A DNA stretch of 61,472 nt, filler included, from Sphacelaria rigidula (lineage: Eukaryota): the NCBI GenBank assembly GCA_964200075.2. It is 11 parts of 11 records of this genome, joined end to end, with 100 filler letters (N's around TTAATTAATTAA, not from the genome) between each part and the next. Parts side by side here need not be neighbours in the genome. Positions count along the whole stretch, not along the records: positions 5,599 to 11,096 come from CAXNAA020026835.1; positions 11,197 to 16,694 come from CAXNAA020026836.1; positions 16,795 to 22,292 come from CAXNAA020026837.1; 8 more parts are not named here. One strand, given 5' to 3'. The notes beneath the pieces are model-generated. The model did no database searches. It was given only the letters and a program-made list of their open reading frames with translations, and was not told the origin of the DNA. Numbering within the stretch: position 1 is the stretch's first letter; each line of letters opens with the position of its first letter. This document shows positions 10,592 through 22,292 of the stretch, piece by piece. A program made the position numbers and the translations under genes.

Positions 10592-13024
10592 GAAATTTCT
10601 ACCGACCCGCACCGCAAAAGTTGGGGCACCGCACGTCTCGAGCCACAACGCCAGTTTCTTGGAAGTTGTTTTCAGGCATTGACTGCCGATACCCCCGTGA
10701 CATCCAGGTGCCCCTGTGCTACCACAAGCTGCAATTGCCGCACACGTCGGACAGCTCATGAGGTAGTCACCTGAATATTACTTCTTATTAGCGTACTCAT
10801 CCGGATCATGACCTAGCTAACTTGGCCCCTTTTTCTACATTTACCCCGTCCCAACAGTGCTGGACGCTGAGCATGCGGCGTAGCGCAAAAGTAGCAATGT
10901 GACTTCTCAGACCTTGCTGTCATGTTTTCAGTGTTTTATTCGATAACGGATCTGGGAGTCCTCTTGGATCAGCTGCACGACGTGTGAATCGTGTGAATTC
11001 TTGCCCACGAGGTCGCGAGGGGGGGGGGGGGGGGTGCATATTTTTTGGTTGCCCTAACCGTTTGCCCATGCACCACGACTCCCTTCCGAGGTGGGGNNNN
11101 NNNNNNNNNNNNNNNNNNNNNNNNNNNNNNNNNNNNNNNNTTAATTAATTAANNNNNNNNNNNNNNNNNNNNNNNNNNNNNNNNNNNNNNNNNNNNGGAA
11201 GTACCGCCTGAGACTGCGCTATACTGCCACCAGAGCCAAGAGCGTCGAGAAATGGTCGAGACACTTTGAAACTAAGCAGGAAGCAGAGGCAGCAGCTTAC
11301 GGGTGTAGGATGCAGGTCGAATCTGGGCAGGGGACTACGGTAGCCGGCCGAGGAGGCCTGCAACCGTTACAAGATAACCCCATCTCGCTGTCCTACAGTA
11401 GGACACCCGAGCAACCACTCCCGAAAGGCAAGTTGAATGGCATAATGATATCTAGTGCGGGGTTGTAGAACATGTGCGTTGTTCGGTCGAAATTACGCAG
11501 AATTTACCCGTAACTACACAAGTGGTGTCTGCAGAGTGAAATCGCCATGGTTTCCGCTCCGTTGCATACTCCCGCAAGAGGCATGACCAGAAGCTGCATT
11601 GAGAGGTTGTTGCTCATCGTCTTCATCATAGTTGCTCGAACTCGATGCCCCGTGCACGTCTTACAGCACGTGCACGGCTGTATCTTGCAACGGAGACACC
11701 GCCACTTACGAGTATGAGCACGGGTATGACACCTAGTATGTGGTCATTCTCCAGAGGATGACTGCATTTCATCCGCCAGTGTTACAGGTGCTCGACTGCG
11801 CACGACTTCACAGCTACTTCACAGCTATCTCCATGTCGCGCACATGTCCTCGCACACTTCCCGCTCGCAAGGTGTTGTCTGCGGGGTAACCGCGTCGACT
11901 TAATTGCGATGCAATTCGCAAAAATACTTTGCTTATGTCGTCAACGAGGCAGAGCATGCCATGACGCCGCTTACTCGTGATCTCGGCACCTGTGTACGTA
12001 GATTCCAAGCCGTGCAAAAGCGTGGAGTTTGCAGCCCCGCGATGGAGGTATATAAATGCAGCGTTCCTCTACATACGCGAGCATCCGTTGTTTTCAACTG
12101 CGTCAGGATAAAGCAGGGAGAGTTGCGCCGCTTTACTCAATGTACATTCAGCAGGCACGTGGTATCATACACTGTGCACGAAAGCAGTCCTTGCAGCACG
12201 ATCTGCGTACTGTACTCAGACAACCTATTGTTAGAAATCGGGCTCTCAGAGAAATGCCCGTTTCGAGCCTGTCTTCGCCGTCGGGGATTAGGACCTTGTC
12301 CTATGCATTCCAACAGGGTTGTACCGCACTTTCCCGTTTTCGAGTGCGTTTACCTTACCTTGTACGCGGAACCCCGTTTTTTATCAGAAGCGCCGACAAA
12401 GTTCGTCCTGTCGTTGATAACCCCTTTTGTACTACTAGAAGCGATCTGTCGTTAAACAAATGCTCGGGTGCGAGATTTTCTTCTTTCCCACGAGACCTGC
12501 ATTGGCTCAGACAATATCGTCGTACACGGCGGATGGTTCATTTTGTTGACCGGGCGCCTTTCCTGCATTAACTGTCAATGCACACCTGTCGAAGTCCAGT
12601 CATATGGGCCCTGCGTACGTCGCGTGGTCGGCGCCTGGCGGTGTACCGTTGTGAGCATAAGAAATGTGAAGTAAGCAACAGGGACTTGGGGACCAGAAGT
12701 AACCGCCCCGAAGATCCACCTTCAGCGCAGCCTCACATAATACCATGGGCAGAGGTGACGGCCCCCACTTCGTGTACCCTGCGATACCCAATAGTGTTGT
12801 GCAGCACAGTCCTGTCGGTGTTTGTACGTCCAGTCATCCTTTCGTCCTATCCTCGACGTCCTACTTATTTCGTTGGCGGCTTTAGTGTGGCGAGTGCCCC
12901 ATGCATAACCAGCACACATCTCTTCCCGTTTCGTGTCCCCCCTCGGGGTCCTCCACAGGAAAGTCGCTGAACAGCACCCGAGGCCTCAATGCTGCACAAT
13001 TGAGGAAGTACCGGAAACAAACAG

Positions 13025-15628
13025 GTGGAGGGTTATAAAGGGACACGCAGAGAATGGATGGTGTCAGAGGCTCAAAGTACGCCGGAGAAAGAATCCATGA
13101 CCGGTGGTTGGAATAAGTCCGAAGCAAAGCTCGACAAGAAATTGCAGCGGCGCGCAAACTACATTCGGGACCGTGTCCCACAGTTGGAGTCACGTATGGA
13201 AGAAACGAAGAGTCAACTAGCACGACTGCAGAACGCGCTTTACGGCATCATCACCTCACTACTCCGCGTTGATGATTGCGGCGGTCCATCGATGGATACC
13301 ACGGGACAGTCTGCGATGGACCAAGAGGGAAACGAAATTGGGCCAAAGACATACTCTGATGCGCAGGAAAAGAGGATCATCCGTCAGGTTTTAGCGGTCA
13401 ATGCATTTATTGCCGTGATACGAGACCGAGATCTACTGCAAATCGCTCTCCTCAAACGCGCCCAAAACATCCTAGGAAAATGTGCTGGCACGCCAGACGT
13501 ATAGAAGGTTTCGGATCCACTGGTCTCCGAGGCACTGAATGAAGCACAACTCATCTGAAACACGAACACGCTGAGGTTGATAGCGAACGTGTATCGGGGG
13601 AGATGGGGAATGGTCTCAAGTGCTCCACCATTGAAAAATGGTATCGTCAGTTCTGGGACCTCGGCGGCTATTTTTCCCTTGATCGCAGGGGTAAGCACGA
13701 GAGGGATTGGATCCTCAACGAGAAAGATCTGTGGGTCAAACTGCTGACTTGGCTGAAGGATCAGAGGCGTTTATCGACTCGTGAAACCTACGAATTTATC
13801 AACAACATGCCGTTGGCGGGGAAAGGAATGGCGAAATTGGCGGAGTATGATCTCGGCCTCCCTATTTCGATGTCCACGGTAAACGTGTGGATGTGCAAGG
13901 TGGGATGCAAGTACGAGCAACACTCACAGTCCTACTACACCGATGGTCATGAGAGGCCAGACGTCGTTGTCAGCCGACGGGAGTACGTGAGGAAGGAGAG
14001 GAAACTTCAACTGCGAAAGCATTGCTGGTTTTCCGTGAAGAAGGACAATTTGACGCCGCAAGAACTTGCCGCCTTCGAGGAGATGCGCGAAACAGGCGAG
14101 GAGGTGTTCTGGGCCGACACGTATCACCACGAGAAAGATTATATCAGCTCCATCGAGGTCCATGTCGATTTCTTGGGCAACGGGGTCGACGCTCGGCACG
14201 ATGAACTCCGCCGACAATTGGGAAAAGCGGCTGGTCGTGCAAGCGTTCATTTTAGTGCAGCCGCAGCTGTTCCCTGTGAGTACGACCACGCACCCGATTT
14301 GTGTACGTGCAAGTATAGAGTGTTTCATACTGGGCAAGCCGAATCCTGTTTCACGGCATACGCGTCACAGGGGAAAACGTGGGTGGTCCAGGGAGTAAGC
14401 AGCTTGAGGAAGAAAACAGAGGGGCCGAGGCAAATGGTATCAGCCTTTCAAGATGAAGAACGTGGTTTCGATTTGCCACTGTCCCCATCAGAGCTGCAGC
14501 AGGTTAACACCTTCCGGAAGGAGCGGGGGTGCGAAGCCTTGAAGGAAACCCCAGGTCTAAGATTCTTCCGGCCTGAAAAAAACAGAGAGGGCTATTAGGA
14601 CTACGAGATGCTCAAGGCTCAGGTGATAGACGTGCTGGACCGCCTGGAAGTGATCCTGCCGAAGGAGACGCAGATCGTGTTGGAAGTCGACCACTCGTCA
14701 GGTCACGCTAAGTTCAGGGAAGATTGTCTGCATGTGCCGAGCATGAGCTTGAAGTGGGGGGGAAAGCAGAGGAAAATGCGTGACACCAAAATCACGGCAG
14801 GATGTCTGGGGGAAGAGGAAGCAATGATGTACTTCGGCGGGAAGAAGTGGAGCACGGAATGTCCGGCAGAGATTGCACAGGAGGAAGTGAACTTGAAAGC
14901 AAAAGTGGACTACATGCGGGCGCTTTCGTGTTCAGCGACAGACCCGCCTCCGGTTTACGACTTGGATGTCCCCAAGTCACGGGTCGAACGGAAGAGAAAG
15001 CGGAAGAGTGAAAAGTCGTCCAAAGGCTCGGGTTCGGGAGGGGGCGAGCAGTTGCCGGGAATCACTGGCAGGTGATGGCCGTGAGTACGAGGAAGAAGTT
15101 GTAGACGTGGGCTATGTCGGAGCGGCGCAGGGCATCAAGCTGGTGTCGTGGGAGCGTGGCTTGTGGAAGCAAGATATGCCCATGTCAAACGAATCTGCAG
15201 ACATGAACGCCGCCACCGTTCTCGCTAATTCGCCGGACTTCAAAAGGGAAAAGGGTGCTCTGCAGACCTTTGTAGAGAGCCGCGGGCGCATCCTGCTTAT
15301 TTCGCCGAAGTTTCATCCAGAAGTTGCAGGGGTCGGGATAGAGTACTCCTGGGGAAAGTCCAAGCAGATATATCGCCGCGAAATACACGACGGGATTCCG
15401 AAGAACCTGCACAGCAACATAGTGCGGTCGATGTGTGGGGAAAATGTCCTCACTCTGGATCTGGTACGGCGCTTTGCTCGACGGTCGCGGGACTATTGTC
15501 GGGCGTACTTTACCCTAGACAAGCTGGGTGTTATCGACAGCAAGGGCATGATCGGGAAGATTCGGAAGGTATCAAAAGCGCACCGCAATATAGTAGACAT
15601 TGATCCGGCGTTCATCAACAATCAGTGA
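13025..15628 (+). pseudogene. Decayed IS630/Tc1/mariner-superfamily DDE transposase (YxDGHER type)
   Basis: Four consecutive ORFs carry ordered motifs: ISMSTVNVWM..G..Y..SYYTDGHERPDVV, GQ(A)ESCF, KKTEG..MVSAF, KNREGY*, EVDHSSGH, ERGLW, PDF, RGR.L.ISPKFHPE..GIEYSWG.SK..YR, RRFARRSRDY..AY, AHR. In-frame stops (13502, 13556, 14596) and two frameshifts interrupt it. Confidence 0.85.
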
Positions 15629-15881
15629 ATGCTTCCGTCATGGGAGGACAGAGGGTATTAGGCTGTGTTTGAGTTATCGAGAGTGACATTTCCTCATTCT
15701 TTGCGGGGTAATGGTGGGTAAGGAGAGGGTGCTGACCACGAATGTAGATTGAAGAATATCTTTGTTTTTGCCAACAGGTGTGAGAAGATGGGGTGAAAGG
15801 GATGTCCCAAGCTGGTACGAAAAGTAGATTTCCTCTTGTTTGACTGGTGAAATTGGGCAATGACAGGGTGCTCATTACGTG

Positions 15882-16182
15882 TAACAATGGTTTCGTGAAA
15901 TTGAGAATTGAAGGTACGATTGAGAGTGAAAAGCGGTCAAATAGTGAATAAGCCGTTTCATTTCCAAAATGCACCTCCACCAGGCCTAATATTCTCTCTG
16001 TAGTAGCTTGCCATTGAGGCCCTCGATACCCCTGAGCATGATGTCAACGTGTAGCTGTAAGCACATGACAGTGATGAGACGACGAAAAGCACACACGGAA
16101 TGAAAAAATGGCTAAGTTAAAGCGAATGGTCAAAGCCACTCTCAATCCGCACCCAACTCTCAATCTCACGAAAACCTTGTTG
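15882..16182. repeat. Dispersed repeat present in both orientations (15882-15949 and 16117-16182), shared with 27823-27890 and 55978-56040
   Basis: ttcgtga(a/g)attgaga..acgattgagagtg and its reverse complement cactctcaatc..ctctcaatctcacgaaaa occur in three different contigs. Confidence 0.8.
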
Positions 16183-16794
16183 TGTATCGCGTACTTCTTT
16201 AATTGCCCCCTTCAGAAATGCATGTTTACTAAGTGGGGAAGGGGGTTTAGGGTGGGGATGGCGGGGAAGCTGGAAATTACCAAGCGCGACGCGCTGTCAT
16301 GTGGGCGGCGAGTCGCATGAGGTGTAGGGTGCATCCTGCACCAATTGGTCGCGTTGGAGCGTACTGATGATCTTAATGGGTGGAAATTCACCATGAATTG
16401 TTTCGTATTTTGGTCTCGCGACATCAAGAGACAGGCTCGGGTTACACACAGACTCGTGGGTGTGAACGATAAGCAGTGAGGGGGAGTGCAGGGGGTGTAG
16501 TCATGATCGGAGAGTGGGGTGTGCGTGGGCTTCGGTGAATGGATCGGCAGTTGGGGGACGGTTATCCAGACCTATGCATATCATTCCGTTGCACGTGTAC
16601 GGAGTCATCCTACGATAGGGGGGGGGGGGGGGGGGTTGCTGTTTCTATCACACCAGACCGATTGGTAGGTAGAGCGGGACGCCGTGTCGCAACGNNNNNN
16701 NNNNNNNNNNNNNNNNNNNNNNNNNNNNNNNNNNNNNNTTAATTAATTAANNNNNNNNNNNNNNNNNNNNNNNNNNNNNNNNNNNNNNNNNNNN

Positions 16795-17413
16795 CGCGAC
16801 GGTCTCTGCCGCATTTGTTACCATCGCCATCAATGCGCCAGCTGTTGCCGTGATGGAGGTTACCGCACCGCCAGTAATGGCCGCGACATGAACGGCAACG
16901 CGACTAACGGTGCCCGCGGCGCTCTCCGCCGCATTTGCCCTCATCGCCATCAATGCGCTAGCTGTTGCCGTGATGGAGGTTACTGCACCGGCAGTAATGG
17001 CCGCGACATGAGCGGCAACGCGACTCGCGGTGCCCGCGACGCTCTCTGCCGCAATCGTCCTCACCGCCATCAATGCGCCAGCTGTTGCCGTGATGGAGGT
17101 TACCGAACACCCAGTAATGGCCGCGACATGAGCGGGGACAAATGCGGCAGTGAGCGCCGCATATACCGCGAGTCGCGTTGCCGCTCTCGTCGCGGCCTAT
17201 ACCGCCGGTGCGCTAAGCTCCATCACGGCAACTGCTGGCGCATTGATGGCGATGGGGACAAATGCGGCAGAGAGCGCTGCGGGTACCGCGTGTCGCGTTC
17301 CTGCTCATGTCGCGGCCATCACTGCCGGTGCGGTGGTGTACATCACGGCGACCACGGGCAACACGGTCCAGGGAATCAAGGTGATGACGCGATACACCAT
17401 CAGCATCGGCTAG
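16795..17413. repeat. 120-bp tandem repeat (40-aa Ala/Thr-rich unit) with an internal orientation switch at ~17134
   Basis: The unit SxAGTASRVAAHVAAITAGAVTSITATAGALMAMxTNAAE reads on minus in 16795-17135 and on plus in 17134-17360. Confidence 0.9.
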
Positions 17414-19562
17414 GGATGTACATGAGGCAATACGATCAGCCCGATATCATCGTTGAATTTGCATCAAATACCACGACATGAGCACCAAAAGCTGCCTGGC
17501 ATGATGAGTTATATCATGATGTTTATCAGGATATCTGTAGACATTGGGTGATGAGTCATGCACATCCCTAGCATCGGCAAAAGTTATAATAACAGTGGGC
17601 AAACCTATGTGGAGCAATACCGTGCGGATGTTGGTGTGTCAAGAAAGCAATCACTATTCACAGTGTATAGGTCACCATACTTCGTTCAAGAGACTGCCTC
17701 ACGCTGAAGCCTCATGCGTGAAACGGCGGTATACACGCAAAATACCTAGCTAAACGTTCATACAGATGAAAATGCTTGTTGAAGAGGTGCTTAATATAGG
17801 TTCACATACTAATGTACTTGTGGCCACGGGTGAATTCATGGTGCCTCAGTTGATGTGCGACAGTCAATCAATCAATCTCCTCCTGTACAGGTGTCACTCA
17901 CTGATTTGAACGGAAGCACCACGTTTGAGGTTCTCGTCGCTACAAACACGCGATTCGGCGTTTTCAGTCGCCCCCCCGCCCCGACCCTCATGCGAGGCTG
18001 CCATCGGTAGGCAAGATGATCAATCAGTACGCTTTGGGCGGAACGTTTTCAGCAGGATGCAGCTCCCTCCTTACGCAACTCAGCGAACAAATCACGGCGC
18101 TCCGTGCTTGTGATTGATTGCGAGCCTGGTCCGTCAAAATCTCGGCGTGCTCCGTCCCGGCTTAGTAGGAGTGCGAGGTCAACGGTCATATGACCATGGT
18201 GTGCAATACAAATGAGTACACCTCCCCTCTCCCGGACAGGATAAGGTTCAAGTATGAGAGTAGTGAAAAAAGCCAGGGCCATCATCAAACATATCAGTCT
18301 CGCGGGCGAGAGGTCAGCGATGTCACTTTGAAGTTTGTGCGAGAAGATAATGTGTTTGTGTAGAGATGTCAACATGATGTGTGCACGGAAGTATTGAAGC
18401 GTTAAACTATGTTTTCGTGTGGAAACCTTTTTCTTTCCGTGTGATGCAATATAACAGTCGACTATCGGCGGCACCGCCTCCGCAATTGAATCAAGTCGGG
18501 ATCGGGCTGTGTCGAGCATCGTGGGAATTTTCGGGAAAGTGTTCAGCTATCCCATCAGCTTGGTGCAGACCGTGCTGTGAACCAAGAACAACAGTGAGCG
18601 AGCAGTATGAAATCATTATGCTTTCGTGAGATCTTGTTGGAGAACGTTGCTGGAGAAGGTTTTTGAAGAGTGCACGTTGTAACCACCTGCTGGGTACGAC
18701 CTACATCATGGTACCGCAGCGTGCACGAGAAGTCGTGCTTTTGGCGACGGAAACGCGTTCTCGTCCCGTCACGTCCCGACCCAAACAAGAACGTTCCCGT
18801 CCGGTCTCGTCTTTTTGAGAACACCTCCGATATGTTTCACGTGAATTTTCATCAAGTTGGATGGGACTTGCCTTCATCGAAACGGTGCTTCCCGTATTTT
18901 GTTTCAGTAACTCTAGTATCCCTCGCACATGTGGGTTGTGGGACGTGATTTTGATTTTTGGAGTCCAGTCTTATCCTTTCCACAACCCGCTTTTGTATTT
19001 CACGTGAACGAATGAACGGTCACGGTTATCGCAACTAGGGCTCATTACGGGACTTTGGGACGAGGTGAGACGGTTTGCCCGTCGCAAAATATACAATAGG
19101 CTGTATCGGCGGCTGCCGTCGCTATTTTGAGTCAATGGAACTGCTTCGCGACCGTGTCCAGGTGTCGCTGCACCAAATCATGAGCACATCGCACTTGTTT
19201 CGAAGGGGTTATACACACCAAAGTCCCGTCGAAGGTCTCGAGAAATCTGAAGAGATGATAAGTGAAAATCGAATGGCATGCAAGCAACGGTTCGTGCCTG
19301 TCCTGCCATACTAACGCTTTGTATAAGTCCTCTTGTTTGACATGTCTTTTGCATTCGGTGCTGTTTCGCTGGCCCTTTCTCGCAGGACCTCCGCCCGAAG
19401 AATGACACACTCAGTCCTTCGTGCCTGCCGTCGCCGAGGACGACCAGCGTACCCGCCCGTGTTCACGACAAAATCTCATGCGGGCGACAGATGGTGCCTG
19501 GGGCGTTTGGGGATGAAGGCGCGATATACGAAGAAGCGCACCCCTTGTGGAGCTTTGTGTAT

Positions 19563-19690
19563 ATCAATTAATTCATGTGCACCAATAAGGTCGTGGAGAC
19601 TTCAATTTTGACACTGTAATATACTGATCAATTAATTCATGTGCACCAATAAGGTCGTAAAGACTTCAATTTTGACACGGTAATGTACTG
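19563..19690. repeat. 64-bp tandem duplication
   Basis: atcaattaattcatgtgcaccaataaggtcgt..agacttcaattttgacac..gtaat starts at 19563 and again at 19627. Confidence 0.9.
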
Positions 19691-20410
19691 TGCTGTGCTG
19701 TGCTGTGCGCGCAGTGTTGTATGTAGGACGTGGTTTTTGTTACGGGCAGGCTTATTTTGGTTGGATTTCAAGCCATGCTTGCTGGGACTGTACAAAGGGG
19801 AACATGTCGTGTAAGCACGTGTACATACAATCATGAAGGTGGCCAACATAGGTGAAGGCGTGAGTGGTTGTAAGCGTTGCTATTATGCATAGGAAGACCG
19901 ACTGTGTGTCTGTTAAAGGGTGGGTGATGACCCTGAATAGAAGGCTATAGGGTGATGCGATTGCGGGTCTGCCGAACCATTCTTCAGCCCAATGACGATT
20001 TATAAAAGATAAAGACGCTACCTCCCGCAAGCGCACACGAGGTCAGAGAAAGAAAGAGACCGAAAACCAATGCAATCCGAGGGCAAATATGTCATATCGT
20101 CTCACGATAACTGAACTGCACTGCTCCATTGCCGACTGCTGATTGCGACATCACCCACCCTTCACCAAGGATAAGCTACATGCTATACGCAATGCTCATT
20201 GCGTGCCGATCTCCAGCAAGCTAATCGACTCGACAAGCAAGAAGGTATGCACGATTCTGGTGTGAAGTAGCGAGTTCGTATTATATTACTGTAGCCGTTT
20301 TACACTGTAATACGGGGTCCCAGGATGCCTTGCGTACACGAAGCAACCCATCTAGAGGCTACCTTCCACATCCAACCAATGCATTTACTTTTCTTGTGTG
20401 ACATGTCGTC

Positions 20411-20474
<64 letters not shown>

Positions 20475-20475
20475 G
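20411..20475. repeat. (GTT)n microsatellite
   Basis: About 21 uninterrupted GTT units. Confidence 0.97.
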
Positions 20476-22143
20476 CACGCCTTCTTCAATTTTGTTGACG
20501 TAGGGCTGCGTCTTTTTTAAAATATTTATTTTGAATTGGATATGTCCGTGAAGGTGAATGTTGAAGAATCACAGAACTCAACGTCTTGCTCTCGCGTTAT
20601 TTTTCAAGTTCGTCTCTTGGTTATCGGTTCTTCGCCGTGATTCCTCTACTGGTAGATGGCGTCGATCGGCCGACGGTATGGCAGACATATGATTGTGTGT
20701 TCTCGCGACAAGGTACGCGTTGTTGTGGTGTTGATGTGTGGCATGGAGGAGCGTGTGGCAGGGGAGCGACTGCAAGTACAAACGCGCAGTTACGATACTG
20801 TACCGTGTGTGCCGGCCCACTGAGAATAAATGCCCAAATCGCATGCAAAAGAGCACACCAGAGTTCAAGTGCTGCGTTTTCACCCAGCTGGCCAGCCTTC
20901 TCCGGTGTTGGCGTGGGAACGGATGGGGTATCATCTCGATTCTAAACAGTCATTACTTCCAGACCCCTCTTAACAGCACGTCCGTTCATTGTAGCGTTCG
21001 ACCATGGGAGTCTGGGCGTTCGAAGGATTCAATATCCAGGTGACCGTGATGATGCGGATCCAAGAGACGAATTCGTGGACCTAGACTATCGAAGGATTAC
21101 CAAACGAACACCATCTATTTTCGTTTTCGTTACATCTTGTTCTTCTTGTCATCATACATCAAGACCGCTTCTCCTCGCCTGCGTGAGGTGAAAATTGAGA
21201 CATGTCATGGTAGGAGAGCAAGACAAAGACGATGCGCGTGTCTGCACCGCACCGAAAAGCGGACACATTGGACATGGGGGCAGCGCAGAGTGGGGCAACG
21301 GTGTATATTCAAGTGGAGAGTTCAGTGTACCTAAAGGGATAAATCATCAAAAGAGTAGAAGCTGAGATGACTCCAGGAACCCAACACCAAACCCGACTTG
21401 CGTGGGGGAAGTTCAGGAAGCTCGGTCGAATGCTCCACGAGCTGCGCCGGCCTAAAAGCTGAAAAAAAATTGACTGAACATATCCCAAGAACCGCGGCTA
21501 CATATCGCTCAGTGAACATATTGCTGTGGGGGGAGATCGTCATACGGGAACTGGTCGTGTGCAGAAAATATAGTGGGTTAGGTACAGGTCGAACCGACGT
21601 CTAATGATCAGACCGTCTCCATCACAGTGGAGAAAACGTGGGTTCATTCCCATCACATGCTCCCCCCCCCCCTTCGAAATATGATATTTCCATTGTCGAA
21701 AACGCGAGGACATGGAGCGCCCCAATCCAAGACTGCAACGTCACCAACACCGAAATAAATCGAAATTGGAAGCGCCCTGGACACAGGGCAATCTAAATAG
21801 TTTACACTCTGCCACTATATCAGTTCTACTCTATTACTTTGCCACGGAGGCAATTCCTCTTCCTCCTCCACTCGAATACTGCATGCCTTTTCTCCTTCCT
21901 GGCAGGTCCAGGTTCTCCACCTGAACTTCAATTATTGTAGCTTGCATTTTTTTCGCCGAGTCCATTGGGCCATGCAGAGATATGTTTTCACCCCTATCCC
22001 CTCGCTCAACCTGCTATAAATTTTCAAGTGATCTTCCTTGTCTACTTTTCGTCATATCGCTTATTTCTCCATTATTCCTTTCATGTTCTTCAGAGCTTAC
22101 TTTGTTTTAACCCCCCGCATTCACCTATATAGTCCTATTGAAG

Positions 22144-22292
22144 GATGGTAGTATGCGTTAACCACCGTTTTCAGCTATGTGACGTCGGGTGAACAAAAAA
22201 CGGTCATGCGTAGACGTCAGAACCAGCCGACCGATTCCGTGATAACACCCCCCCCTCCCCCAGAAAAACGGTGGTTAACGCATACTACCATC
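22144..22292. mobile_element. Small MITE/fold-back with 28-bp perfect inverted repeat, ending at the contig end
   Basis: gatggtagtatgcgttaaccaccgtttt and aaaacggtggttaacgcatactaccatc. Confidence 0.8.

Noticed and set aside
11310..11365. HDV-like ribozyme on minus (tgcagg..cctcctcgg..cgacctgca)
   Set aside because: P2- and P3-like pairing is present, but L3 is too short, there is no GG for P1.1, and no P1 partner was found.
16888..17481. 197-aa Cys/Arg-rich ORF (CPHRHQCASCC repeats) as a metal-binding protein
   Set aside because: It crosses the inversion junction and changes character there. It is more simply an alternative frame of the repeat, though the true coding frame is unproven.
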